From: Octopus sinensis
Lineage: Eukaryota
Assembly: GCF_006345805.1 (NCBI RefSeq)
Contig: NC_043020.1
Location: 7,626,001-7,690,000 of the forward strand
Length of the DNA stretch: 64,000 nt
Direction of reading: 5' to 3'
The first letter of the stretch is position 1. Each line of letters begins with the position of its first letter. Made by a program: the position numbers and the translations under genes. The notes below the pieces were generated by a model. It was not told the DNA's origin, did not search any database, and saw only the letters and a program-made list of their open reading frames with translations. Positions 1-11,619 of this stretch are shown here, piece by piece.

Positions 1-506
1 AGTCATTATACTACCATCTGAACTGAATGCTACTGTATAGTACCAAAGATACCATCCTCTACATCTAGAATAAGGACCCAGTATTGTAACAGCTAAGGTT
101 CAAGGGTCAGCAACTTTTCAATCCCTTGCTGAAAAACCTCAGAGTTTTATGAAGTCTAGATACATTCGGAAAAACATCCAATTCTGAACTTCTTGGATCT
201 TGAAGGCGTGTGATGCCATTCCATGAACTGAGTCGTTATTTCTGGATCATAAAAGATATAGTTACGTTTCTTCCCCTAAATGTGTCTTCATTTAGCTGCA
301 AATGCGTCCAGCAGGTCAGAGTAGATTTCTACCTTCTTCAAACGGAGCATCAACCAGCAAGGTTACCACTTTCTGATACCCAGATTCTTCCACTATCTTC
401 TGTAATGCATTATAACCATATTCCAGTTGTGCAACATCCTCTCAGGTTGTGGTTTGTCTGTCTGAATCCATCCATAGATATGAAGAGAAAAAAGTGCATA
501 AGTCTG

Positions 507-3330
507 TCAGGCATAGTATTGAGGAATTTTGGGAAGTATGGAATTTTTAAAGGATGCTGTGTCCTCACAGCTTACAACTGTCTTGTTTTGACAATTCTGA
601 GCTTGAAAAAATATGTCTGAAAGTCTGCACCTTTTTTGATTTTGTAAGCATGTTGAGCGATGATAGAGATATCGAATTAAAAAATGGTGGCCACGGTCGA
701 TGTTGGAAAGATGGTGAATAATTTTTTGGGCTTCTACCAAATCAGCTGCTAGACATGATCACTTGCCCCGAGAAGCAAGATATTCAAGATATGGTAAGTG
801 ACAGACAGAGAGCATTTGTTTAATTGCAAGTTCCTGAACAATTTCCATCAGATTGAGATTCTGGACAAGATGAGAGTTCCAGGCTGGAGATGCAAACTGT
901 AAGTCTTAGCTTTAAAGAGATAACTGGTGAACAAATGCCAGAGGTCTTCGTGAGTGATGCCAAGACATTTTTGGTCTTTTTAACAATTTTAGATATAAGT
1001 TTCATCCATCACTGATCATTGCTGATGATTATTTCCCAGGTCACATTTACCAGCAAACTTCTTAAGGTTGGTTTTGTGGAGGAAGTTGGTAAATTCCAAT
1101 TTTTTTTCTTCCTGAAGTGTACTGTGATGTATTTGTCCAGAGACAGCTTGAGTTGTCAGTGAGTAATCCATTGCTGAATTGTGTCCAGGTCAGATCCAAG
1201 AAAGATCTATGGCACATAGTCATTTTTTTTATCTCCATGTACAGTTTAATGTCATCTATGTATTCTAATACAGTGACATGCTTCAAGTTGGCATCTATTT
1301 TATTAATATATACAACAAATTACAGGGGACCAAGGACAGTTCCTTGCAAGACACCAGATGTCATTTCATAACTGCAGAATGTTGTTCTAGTACTGCAACC
1401 ACCTCTTTTCAGCTAAGAATAAGGGACGTCAACCAGTTATAAACGTGAGTCCTTCACACAGAAGCTAATGTTTATTGAGCTTCACCATGAGTCAGTTGCA
1501 TGGCACAGAATTAAAGGCTTTGGCAAAGTCAAGAGAGATAACATCAACCCATGAGATGCCGTCTGTGATTCAGGTTATGTCTTTAAGAAACTTGATGAGT
1601 TGGTCACAGTAGCTGGAGTTCAAAATAAATTGAAACTGTGAGGGATGAATAAGGTTATGAGAGTTCTGAACTATCTCTCTGACACGAAAGGCGGCAAGCT
1701 GGTAGAATCGTTAGCACGCTGGGCGAAATGCGTAGCCGTATTTCATCTGCTGCTACGTCCTGGGTTCAAATTCCGCCGAGGTCGACTTTGCCTTTCATCC
1801 TTTCGAGGTCGATAAATTAAGTACCAGTTGCACATTGGGGTCGATATAATCAACTTAATCCGTTTGTCTGTCCGTGTTTGTCCCCTCTGTGTTTAGCCCC
1901 TTGTGGGTAGTAAAGAAATATATCTCTCTCTGACACCAGATCTTGAATTTGGTGATGCAGCTGGTGAGATTGACTGGATGGTAATTAACAGGTGATGTGT
2001 GATCACTCTTTTTGGATGGAAATAAAGCTGGCAGTTTTCCACTGTTCTGGGTTAAAACTGTTAAGTCAGAACTGGAAAGAGCGAAAACTCCTGCAGCAGA
2101 AAGAGGCTGCTACATTTAAGAAGCAGACAAGTAACACCATGAAGACCAGAGGAAATATCGTTGTTCATAAGCTTGAATTGATATCCCAGCTTTGTGGGAG
2201 TAAACCCAACAGATTTTATGGAATTAGATTCCAGTAGCAGCAAAGATAGTATGTTTGGATATCCAACAGCAAAAATGCTAGCATAGCATTTGGCAGTCAG
2301 TTCTGTGCCCTCTTTAGGATCATCATTCATCTGATCTGTGTGTGGGATTCATGAAGAGGGCCAACTGGAGAATGAGGCCCTTGTTTTCAACACACATTTT
2401 TCCAGAACACTTTTCAAGGTTTGTTGTTATTTAAGTCTGCTTTTTTAGTCACCTGCATGATACACTCCATTGCACCATCGTCTTTTTCTTTTAGCTTCTG
2501 TTCTCTGTAATCTGCAATCGTATTCAGCATCTCATCATTCTTTCCTGGCAAAAGAAACTGCCACAGTCTCTCAAACTGCACTTTTGGTGGGTTTATAACA
2601 TATTTTCATAACACTGATGCTTTGCACGTGGTCTAGATTGAATTAAGGATGTGCTGAAGGGTGGTATTGGCATTTTCAGAATGGATAAATTCAAGTCAAT
2701 TTGGAAGATGTAGCTCAGCGCAGTAGGAGTTCCAGTCAAAGCAAGCAGTTTGGAGGTGGTGGTAACTTTTTCTGCTCATTAGTGACCTGGAGTCACCTAA
2801 AATTCTGATAGTCATGCTGATAACAATTTCTGGTGCAAAACAGCAGGTCCAAAGTGATTTTTACCTCTTGTCGGGGAGGTGGTGGTTGAGGGACAGTGAC
2901 TACTAGGGACCAGTCTGAATCCATCTCTAAATCAAGGAAATCATTTACACTTTGTGATTGGTGAAAGGTTTTCCGATCAATCTCTGGGTATCTGAAATCA
3001 CCAGTAATAAAACGATAGGTGGATGGTTTTTTTAAATGAAGTTTTGAGAATGCCAAAAAGCTGTGCCTTTGGTGGTATTTTGGGGAACAGTAAACAACTC
3101 CCAAATACAAGTGTTGACATGCTTATATATACCTCTTCCTGTGATTGGTTCAAATCGCTGCTAAAGGATTGCTGGAAAGCTTGAGTGAAACCAGTCACCA
3201 AATCATTCCTATGGTGACTGAAGTGGTCTTTGTGAAACAAGTTCAAAGCAAGCCATGCTAATATCTTTGCAATACCAAAAATACCTTTGCAAAGGTAAAA
3301 AATGTAACTGAGTGTAATGAACAGAGGATA
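507..3330 (-). mobile_element. Degenerate CR1/L2-group LINE ORF2 (AP endonuclease + reverse transcriptase), interrupted by a SINE
   Basis: Minus-strand pieces in correct order: LGVVYCSP..ITGDFRYPEID (APE, 2793-3110), SGVLQGTVLGP (~1325-1357), YIDDIKLY (RT active-site region), IVKKTKNVLASLTKT, and C-terminus VVSCEDTASFKNSILPKIPQYYA* matching the younger copy at 10741-11211. Many stops and frameshifts. Confidence 0.85.
1686..1920 (+). mobile_element. tRNA-derived SINE, family B, inserted in the CR1
   Basis: A-box/B-box-like head (CTGGTAGAATCG, GGTTCAAATTCC), family body, AAAGAAATA tail; TSD TATCTCTCT(CT)GACAC at 1672-1685 and 1921-1936. Confidence 0.9.
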
Positions 3331-3479
3331 AATGCTTGAAACACAGGGGTTAAAGGGTGGAATTTATTGCATAAACTAATACTTTATATCTGGATTTAAG
3401 CCCATCATGAGAGAACGAGTATAGCACACAATTCTTGTTTCGTTTCCCAGGGTTGTTATCTTGCTGCTAAATTGTTGGT

Positions 3480-3890
3480 TTGATATCTTTCAGTCCAGAT
3501 TACATTCTTCTTTCCTATGTCACCAGACTTGACAGATTTCCAGCTCTGTCCATTATCAAGTAGGCTAAAGCCCTTATGTGGTGCTCAGTTATGATTCGAG
3601 GAAGCTACAAAGTGCAGCTTCGGACGTATGTCAGGCGATAAACCAGGGCAAGTTCAGTACATGATAAGGTTCTCATGCTTAGCATTATCAGAGGCTCAAA
3701 GCTGTCCATGTATTGTTGGTAGAAGGTAAGAAGATCAGTCTTAATCTCACCTGTCTGGCTTTGGATCCCGTTTCGTCTGAGGTTGAGGACATTTCGGGGA
3801 GGGACACAGTTTGAACTCTTTGGACAAGCTGTTGCAGTAATAATGTGTACAACTTGAGATGCTTGCCTTGATTAGCATTTGTTGTCTTCT
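3480..3890 (-). pseudogene. Possible ORF1 remnant of the same LINE
   Basis: Lies immediately 5' of the APE domain on the same strand; protein-like pieces (KARQVRLRLIF...). No motif firmly recognised. Confidence 0.3.
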
Positions 3891-3916
3891 TTAACAAGTA
3901 TATATATGTATATATA

Positions 3917-4036
3917 GGCGCAGGAGTGGCTGTGTGGTAAGTAGCTTGCTAACCAACCACATGGTTCTGGGTTCAGTCCCACTGTGTGGCATCTTGGGCA
4001 AGTTCTTCTGCTATAGCCCCGGCCGACCAATGCCTT
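3917..4036 (+). mobile_element. tRNA-derived SINE family A, 5' part only
   Basis: GGCGCAGGAGTGGCTGTGTGG...GGTTCAGTCCC head and CORE-like CTTGGGCAAG; breaks off at (TA)n. Confidence 0.85.
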
Positions 4037-4651
4037 ATATATATATATATATATATATAAAACTCAACTTGTGTGTCTGTGTGTGTGTCTGTGTTTAACT
4101 TCCCGGCACATCTCTTCCTAGCCAACAAATCGTAGAACCACCAAAAATGGGTCACTTAAAGTTTAGGCAAATGAAAATTGAACTGCGCTATTTCTGTTCC
4201 GAAATTCATCTCGCAAGTGCAAAAATCGATAATGTGTTTGTTTAGGCCTTATCCCATGCATTGAATAGTGAACTCTACTCAGTCAGTTGTTTGACGTGAA
4301 CTGTGTTCACCACGCGTGCAAGCATGCGTAAATTGCATGAAAAATAAAAAATCAAGATATTAAAACGAATCGCCATAAACATTGTAGAAATTCGTCAAAA
4401 AAATGAATTTTCGGGATGTAGCCTGGAGGGTTTTTTCATATTAATCGTTTGGACTTTGTGAACACATACCAATTGTTTTCATAACATTTTTAATGCTTTG
4501 AATTAAATGTGACCATTTTGCGTTAAGTTTGCAGTTTGAATTACTTTAACTAAATTTTAGCAGGCTGGATTTTTGATCATCACGATACATCACCAAGTGA
4601 CTCCCTGAAACTCTCCCCTGAAATCCCCGTTGAGCCGGGCAATACTGCTAG
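4037..4651 (+). mobile_element. Non-autonomous Helitron-like element
   Basis: Ends in hairpin CCCG-TTGAGC-CGGG then AATACTGCTAG|T; 5' TATATAAAA start followed by a short GTCT/GT repeat. Same end as 5619-6001. Confidence 0.75.
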
Positions 4652-4817
4652 TATATATATATATATATGAAAGCACTAAAGATAAAGTCTGGTCATAGAG
4701 TGACCAATGGTTTCGTATCCATGAAGGCTGCAGCTTTGTGGACAGCTCATCAGATTCTATACAGAAACAAATTTAACTGTTCGTCTCTTGGAGATGGAAA
4801 GTTGTTACCATCAATTG

Positions 4818-5070
4818 TCATCATCATCATCACCGTCGTTTAACGTCCCCTTTCCATGCTGGCATGGGTTGGTTCGGACTGTTTGACTGAGGGCTGGTGA
4901 GCCAGGTTCCCATTTCTATCTGACAAGTTTCTACAGCTGGATGCCCTTCCTAACGCCAACCACTCCGAGAGTGTACTGGGTGCTTTTACGTGCCACTGGC
5001 ATGAGGGCCAGTCAGGAGGTTCTGGCAACGACCACGCTCAAAAGGTGTTTTTATGTGTTACTGGCAGCGA
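4818..5070 (-). mobile_element. RTE-LINE 3' UTR-derived repeat (family C)
   Basis: Reverse complement of TTGGCGTTAGGAAGGGCATCCAGC...GGACGTTAAACGA(TGA)n; the same sequence is continuous with the RTE ORF at 23218-24440. Confidence 0.8.
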
Positions 5071-5104
5071 CCCCATTCGAATGTTGTTTTCCACACACAC
5101 AACA

Positions 5105-5340
5105 CATCATCATCGTTTAACGTCCGTTTTCCATGCTAGCATGGGTTGGACGGTTCAACTGGGAAGCCAGAAGCATGCACCAGGCTCCAGTCTGATCTGG
5201 CAATGTTTCTACGGCTGGATGCCCTTCCTAACGCCAACCACTCCGTGAGTGTAGTGGGTGCTTTTTATGTGTCACCTGCAAAGGTGCCAGACGAGGCTGA
5301 CAACGGCCACAATCGGATGGTGCATTTTACATGCCACCAG
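5105..5340 (-). mobile_element. Family C repeat
   Basis: Same diagnostic motifs and (CAT)n tail. Confidence 0.8.
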
Positions 5341-5618
5341 CACAACACATACATACATACATATATTTATATGTTTATATCTGCATAACGTAATATACAC
5401 GTATGTTTGTATAGGCTAATGGGCTAAATATAGGCCACCATATATAGTGTATAGGGAAAGACATTTATTACTCCAGATGCTACACTTAACTATTCTTCTA
5501 TTGACCAAATGCACCTCATTTTACTGTTCACGTCTGTTTGCTTTATGTCAATGTTGTTACCTGTTTTTATGGGACACACTTATATTTTATGTCTATACTG
5601 CTGCATGCTGTGTCTTAA

Positions 5619-6001
5619 TCTCTCTCTATATAAACGGCAGTTTGTCTGTGTGTGTTTCTGTGTGTCTGTTTTCTCGTACCCTCACTCTGACCACGGCTTT
5701 CAACCGATTCTGATGAAACTTGACACACACATAGCCCAATGTCATAATTCAAAACTAACGCAGCGAAAATTTTGAAAAGTTCCCCCAGTTCTGAAAAAAA
5801 TCGATAAATTCGACATGGGGTCGAGAATCAGAAACACAAACCACAGACTGTCTAGGGGACGCAACTCGACCTTTTTAACTCTCAAAAAAAATTTACCATA
5901 ATTTTTTTTCCAGTTTTTTCTATTTTTTGGCTATAACTCCCTAAAAATGCTTTATAGTTATTTCCCTTACAAACCCGAGCAACGCCGGGCGATACTGCTA
6001 G
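5619..6001 (+). mobile_element. Non-autonomous Helitron-like element
   Basis: A|TC start (5619), subterminal hairpin CCCG-AGCAACGC-CGGG (5974-5989), CTAG|T end; inserted between A and T with no TSD. Confidence 0.85.
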
Positions 6002-6174
6002 TAGGCAATATAGCCAGATTCCTATTTCTATAGGCTGCACACACGTATAGGCTACATTGTTTTGTGTTAATATAGGTAGCTTATGCATTGATTCTGTTGG
6101 ATGGTTTATTGAATTTTTTTTGGATAATATACTCTGTCTGTCTCTGTCTCTCACTGACTCTCTCTCTTTCTCTC

Positions 6175-6217
<43 letters not shown>

Positions 6218-6322
6218 TGCACACACATATACAAAACAGTAACACACACAAACATACACATACATGTAAATATCTGTTCCTGTCTTTGCATATGTGTATG
6301 TGTGTGTAAATATATATATATA

Positions 6323-6730
6323 GGCGCAGGAGTGGCTGTGTGGTAAGTAGCTCGCTAACCAACCACATGGTTCCGGGTTCAGTCCCACTGCGTGGCATCT
6401 TGGGCAAGTGTCTTCTGCTATAGCCCCGGGCCGCCGACCAATGCCTTGTGAGTGGATTTCGTAGACGGAAACTGAAAGAAGCCTGTCGTATATTTGTATA
6501 TATATATATATATGTGTGTGTGTATGTGTTTGTGTGTTTGTATTTGTCCACCTAGCATTGCTTGACAACCGATGCTGGTGTGTTTTCGTCCCTGTCACTT
6601 AGCAGTTCGGCAAAAGAGACCGATAGAATAAGTACTGGGCTTACAAAGAATAAGTCCCGGAGTCGATTTGCTCGGCTAAAGGTGGTGCTCCAGCATGGCT
6701 GCAGTCAAATGACTGAAACAAGTAAAAGAT
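6323..6730 (+). mobile_element. SINE family A, full length
   Basis: tRNA head, CORE-like block, internal (TA)n(TG)n, 3' body ending GAAACAAGTAAAAG. Confidence 0.92.
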
Positions 6731-6919
6731 ATATATATATATATATAAGCGTTATCCTGCGTTTGAGAATAAAATTATTTCCTTATCTGTGTCTTTCAAT
6801 ACATCTCAACGTTTCTAAAGCAAACTTTATTGACTTTTAATGTAAGTTGAATTTAACATACGCTAGCGTCTTATAAAGCTAGATTTATATATCCTAATAC
6901 TGAAGAAGAATTTGTCGTT

Positions 6920-6995
6920 GGACATTTTAGCTTAATGGTAAAGCACTTGACGTGTAATCGCAGGGATGTGAGTTTGGGTCTCATGGCTGGTTGCC
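6920..6995 (+). pseudogene. tRNA-like relic (possibly Thr-TGT derived or a SINE head)
   Basis: AGCTTAATGGTAAAGCAC (D-arm/A box), GACGTGTAATC (anticodon-like), GTGAGTTTGGGTCTCA (decayed T-arm). Stems imperfect. Confidence 0.4.
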
Positions 6996-7154
6996 GACAA
7001 ATTTTTCTGCAAAATATGGATAGCTTATCCTGTTCATTCTATATTATTAGCATTATCCTGCATTTGAGAATAAAATTATTTCCTTATCTTTCAATACATC
7101 TAAAGTAAACCTTGTTTGATGACTTTCAACGTAAGTTGAATTTAAAATATATAT

Positions 7155-7194
<40 letters not shown>

Positions 7195-7388
7195 GTTCTT
7201 GACCCCCAAACAGAAGATAAACTGTTTTTATTTAAACTTTTTATAAAATTTTACTGATATTTGATAAGATGAGATTAATAAAAACTGGTAATATCTTCTT
7301 TATATAATTTTAAAAATAATCTTTTAAAATCATTTTTATTAAATTCCTTTTTAAATTGAAATGTTTTAGACTTACTTCTGTGCTAAAT

Positions 7389-7429
<41 letters not shown>

Positions 7430-7614
7430 TTCTACCTATTATATACGTTATTATTATTATTTTTGCAATTTACTTAATCTTTACATTTTATTGTTATTTT
7501 AATTTTAACTTTTCTATTATATGTAATTTTCTAGATGGTGTAATTTAATTGTTCCTTTTGAACTGATAAAAGGTGTTTTTTTTCTAATTTTATATATATA
7601 TATATATATATATC

Positions 7615-7905
7615 ATCATCGTTTAACGTCCGTTTTCCGCGCCAGCATGTGTTGGATGGTTCGACCGGGGTCTGGGAAGCCAGGGGCTGCACCAGGCTCC
7701 AGTCTGATCTGACAGTGTTTCTACAGCTGGATGCCCTTCCTAACGCCAACCACTCTGCGAGTGTAGTGGGTGCTTTTTACATGCCAGGGGAGTCTTGCAT
7801 CGGCCACAATCGGTTGGTGCTTTTAACGTACCACTGGCACGGAAGCCAGCGAGGGCAGGGCTGGCATCAGCCACGTTTGGATGGTGCTTTTTATGTGCCA
7901 CCAGC
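7615..7905 (-). mobile_element. Family C repeat
   Basis: Diagnostic GGATGCCCTTCCTAACGCCAACC and repeated GGTGCTTTTTA(C/T)GTGCC modules. Confidence 0.85.
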
Positions 7906-8311
7906 TCAGAAGCATATATATATATATATATACACACAAACACACATTTCTCCATTTGAGTTATTACCTCCATTGGCATAAACAACACAAACAGAACAGA
8001 CAGAAATGCAGGAACATGTACAATAATATCATAGATATTCTATATATTATACATAAATTACACACACACATGTGCACATGTGTGCATGCATGCATGTATA
8101 AAAATTATATGTATTAACGTTAATTCATTTTCTTTTTCTTTTGTCTATATTATATATTTTTTATGAAATGTGTGTGTTTATATATATATATATATATATA
8201 TATATCTAATGAAGGATAAAAATTTTTTTCGAAAAAAATATATTCTTTTTCAAAAAAAATTTTATCAATGGCCAGCATATCAAAAAATACCTTTAAAGGT
8301 TAAATCTATAA

Positions 8312-8522
8312 ACAATTCATAATTAAGGGCAAACAAAAAAATTTTCGGACCCTGAAATCGGTATGATATGATTAATAATGGAATGTTTTAGAAATTTCTG
8401 TCGACCTTTTTTCGAGTAGCGTGCATATTGTGAAAAAATTATATGGTTAATGGACAATATGTCCAATTTTTCGGCATATCTGGCATTAGAAATTTTTTCG
8501 TTTGCCCTTAATTATGAATTGT
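8312..8522. mobile_element. MITE with ~23-35 bp terminal inverted repeats
   Basis: ACAATTCATAATTAAGGGCAAAC (8312-8334) versus GTTTGCCCTTAATTATGAATTGT (8500-8522); TA-rich flanks. Confidence 0.75.
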
Positions 8523-8599
8523 ATATATATATATCATGTAATAAAGAAATAAATATAAAATAAAGAAATAGATATTATATATATTATATCTTCTTTATA

Positions 8600-8870
8600 T
8601 TTCCAGGCAGTGAAGATGATTTGACCGAAGATTACTAACTTCTACAGGGTTCATGCAAAGATAGTTAATTCATTTCTGTTTCCATCACACCTTTTTATTC
8701 CCCTTCCCCTCCCTTCCCCTCCCTCTCCCTCCTTCTCACTCCTTCCTGATAACCCAGGTTCGAAATTTCCCCAAGACACCTGAAGAAGGCTGGAGGGTAT
8801 ACCAGCTGAAACGTTGTTTTAACAACAAACAAGATGAGGACAAATATCCGTCAAATGTAAATAATGTAAA
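8600..8870 (+). mobile_element. Penelope-like element terminal fragment
   Basis: Pyrimidine tract followed by CTGAAGAAGGC...GAAACGTTG, the typical PLE terminal signature. Confidence 0.65.
8775..8820 (+). ncRNA. Minimal type-I hammerhead ribozyme-like motif
   Basis: GACAC-CTGAAGA-AGGCTGG(AGGGTATA)CCAGCT-GAAAC-GTT-GTTTT; canonical core, long stem II, stem I with one mismatch. Confidence 0.65.
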
Positions 8871-9139
8871 AAATTATGTTTATCGCTCTCGAGTGTCCCC
8901 ACTGCACCCTTGGTCACCATTACAAGGGTTTCTGTGTTCCCACACATTTATTACACAGTTGATGACTTGGTGTTGGGTTCTTTAATTCTTTTCACAGGAT
9001 GGGTTTCTAGCAGCCCTCCTTACAAGGCATGCTTGGTCAGCAGAATTGGTTTAGTTGTTGTTGATGACCCAATTATGAAACAGGGTTTATCAGACCACAA
9101 TGTAATCTGCTGTGCTTGTGAGGGAGGTGATATCATGCA

Positions 9140-9395
9140 AATGCACACACACACACAAACACACACACGCGAATTAACATGCACACACGAATTAACATGC
9201 ACACACACATACACTCACACACATACACATATGCGTGCACATGCACACACACACACACACAGGGTTCAAAGTTTGAAGAATATTGAAGAACAGGATATTT
9301 TACTTGTGACAACTAACAATACCATTAGCTACCCCCCACCCCACCACCACCACCACTACCACCAACACCACCGCCAACACCACCACCACCAGTGC
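9140..9395. repeat. (CA)n and (CAC)n microsatellites
   Basis: Direct reading. Confidence 0.9.
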
Positions 9396-9589
9396 AACAC
9401 CAATACAGTTATGAATGCTATGAAGAAAACTTTGGGATTAAAACAAAAATAAATGGAAAAGAAGTTGAAAAAACAAAAACAAAACAAACTCATAATTAAT
9501 CATTTTGTAGAAAACCTGCCTGAGGCCATTCCTGAGGCAACGACAGAACTTTTCTCTTCTGAAATTTGTATCATAGAAAACCATAATCT

Positions 9590-9902
9590 TCCATAAAATT
9601 TTCATGCTAATTTATGTTCCAAACACCAGATTAATTATTTTACAACATTATTTTACGAAATTCTTCATTATTTTCAAAACGAATTGAAACAAAGGTAGAG
9701 TGTTCCCGCAGAAATATCATTAAAAAAAAAGGGTTAAAGGGATCTTAATTAAAATCTTCCAATTAAATTTCCCGTTAATTCATGTTCCAAATTCTAACTC
9801 AATAATGGCAAAGCTATTGTTCTAAATCCTTCGTTGCTTTCAAAATTAATTGAAATAAAGGTAATTGTATTTCTACAGAAATAGGGTAACAATAGAGTTA
9901 AA
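9590..9902. repeat. Two degenerate tandem copies of an AT-rich interspersed repeat
   Basis: Both units contain ATGTTCCAAA...TTTCAAAA..AATTGAAA.AAAGGTA...CAGAAATA and end (G/A)GTTAA. Confidence 0.55.
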
Positions 9903-10066
9903 GGGGTAATGAATGAGCATAAAACAAAAAAAAAAACATACAAAAACCTTCGATGGAAACAAAAGTTGAGTTTTTGGAATTCTGTTCCTTTTTCTTGTAA
10001 TATTTTTTTAAAAATCAGGTCATAATAAACATTATTATAAAGAAATTTTTGTTCTTGTTACTTCAG

Positions 10067-10228
10067 TGTGGTTAGAGAGTGGTGGGTTACCAAGAACTAG
10101 GGTGGTGGATAACAGAAATATTATGGTCCTTTATGTTTTTGGTCGGTTACGAGTTCTCACATGTGAGAAGGTTGGACAGAAGTGGAGCAAGCATGCTCTG
10201 TTGGATGTGTGTAATGTTACACTGGGAC
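10067..10228 (+). CDS. Weak candidate internal exon (162 nt, phase 1/1), product unknown
   Basis: Acceptor TTTTTGTTCTTGTTACTTCAG|, donor GGAC|GTACGT, only one open frame (WLESGGLPRTRVVDNRNIMVLYVFGRLRV...). No homology recognised. Confidence 0.25.
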
Positions 10229-10474
10229 GTACGTACATACATGCATACCTATATACATGCATGCATACATATACACACACATACATACATACACACATAG
10301 CCTCAAGTGTAAAGTATAATTTTGCCTGTGTGCCTAATGTTCTTAATGATCAATGATGGTTTCCCACAGTCATATATATATATATATCGATTGCTATTTT
10401 CCAATAAATATTGGTGCCTTGTTGTACCATTTATCTATTTATATATATAGAGAGACTGGATAGTCTATCATTTA

Positions 10475-10517
<43 letters not shown>

Positions 10518-10756
10518 TTATAAACAATAAATTAAACAGAGATACAATAGACAATCCAATAATTTATTTATATTATAGTATAACATAACATACTATGAAC
10601 ATAATAAAATATAACATAAACGATTATTAAAAAACCAAAAAAGCCAACAATTTGTTTCAACTTACATTTTTGGATATATAAACAATTCAATTCGCTTATA
10701 TAATCATTATCAGAGCTAATTCCTGCATTCATACATATATATGTATGGTAAGACAT

Positions 10757-11372
10757 ATATAGCTATGGTAAGACCTCACCTGGAATTTGCATCACCGGTC
10801 TGGAACCCCTATCTTGTCCAGGATATCAATCGTTTGGAAGCTGTTCAGCGACGTGCAACCAAAAGAATACCCTCCATCAGGCATTTGCCATATCCTGAAC
10901 GCCTTACTTCCCTGGGCATGAACACACTGAAACTCCGACGTCTGGCAGCTGACTTGGCAGACACCCATAAAATTATCCACCATGTTACAAACAATAACTC
11001 TGAGAACCTTTTCAAACTCCACTCATCTAACACCCGTGGACATATTTACAAAGTCAGAAAACAGCACAGCTCCCATGACTTCAGGAAACATTTTTTCACG
11101 CTGAGAGTTGCTGGGGCATGGAACAAACTGCCGGCATCAGTTGTTAGTTGTCGGAGCACTGCATCCTTCAAAACTTCCATGCTTCCTGAGATTCGCCAAC
11201 ACTACACCTGATTTTCTCCCCTCCATACACACACAAGCTTGTATCTGACTCATACACTGTCCACTCTCCAGACATTTGTACATCACTGCATGTACTTTAT
11301 ACGTACGTTCTGACAAGTTGTGGTGCACCTGAGCACTGTATACAATAATTTCATTATATTTCATTATATTAT
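10757..11372 (+). mobile_element. CR1 LINE 3' fragment (RT C-terminus + 3' UTR)
   Basis: AMVRPHLEFASPVWNPY...EAVQRRATKRIP...LRRLAADL...FFTLRVAGAWNKLP; 3' UTR ending GGTGCACCTGAGCACTGTATACAATAATTTCATTA repeats. Confidence 0.93.
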
Positions 11373-11619
11373 ATAATTCAACTGACATGAATTGGATGTT
11401 TTACGCATCCCTTTGAAGGAATTTTCGCCCTTAATTTTTTACTTATATATATATGTATATATATGTACTATGTAGTGATTTCATTTGGGTATAGAGTAGA
11501 TTTAAACCTGAATTGGCAAATTTCCCATAACATTGCAACATTATGTATGTGTATGCGTGTGTCTGTGGACTCCTGCTGTGAAAACTGTTCTTTTAAGTTA
11601 CATGGATGTGAGATATACG

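Noticed and set aside
1-500. Protein-like minus-strand pieces at the window start, and ORF 210-620
   Set aside because: Multiple stops; possibly another LINE relic, but no diagnostic motif could be confirmed.
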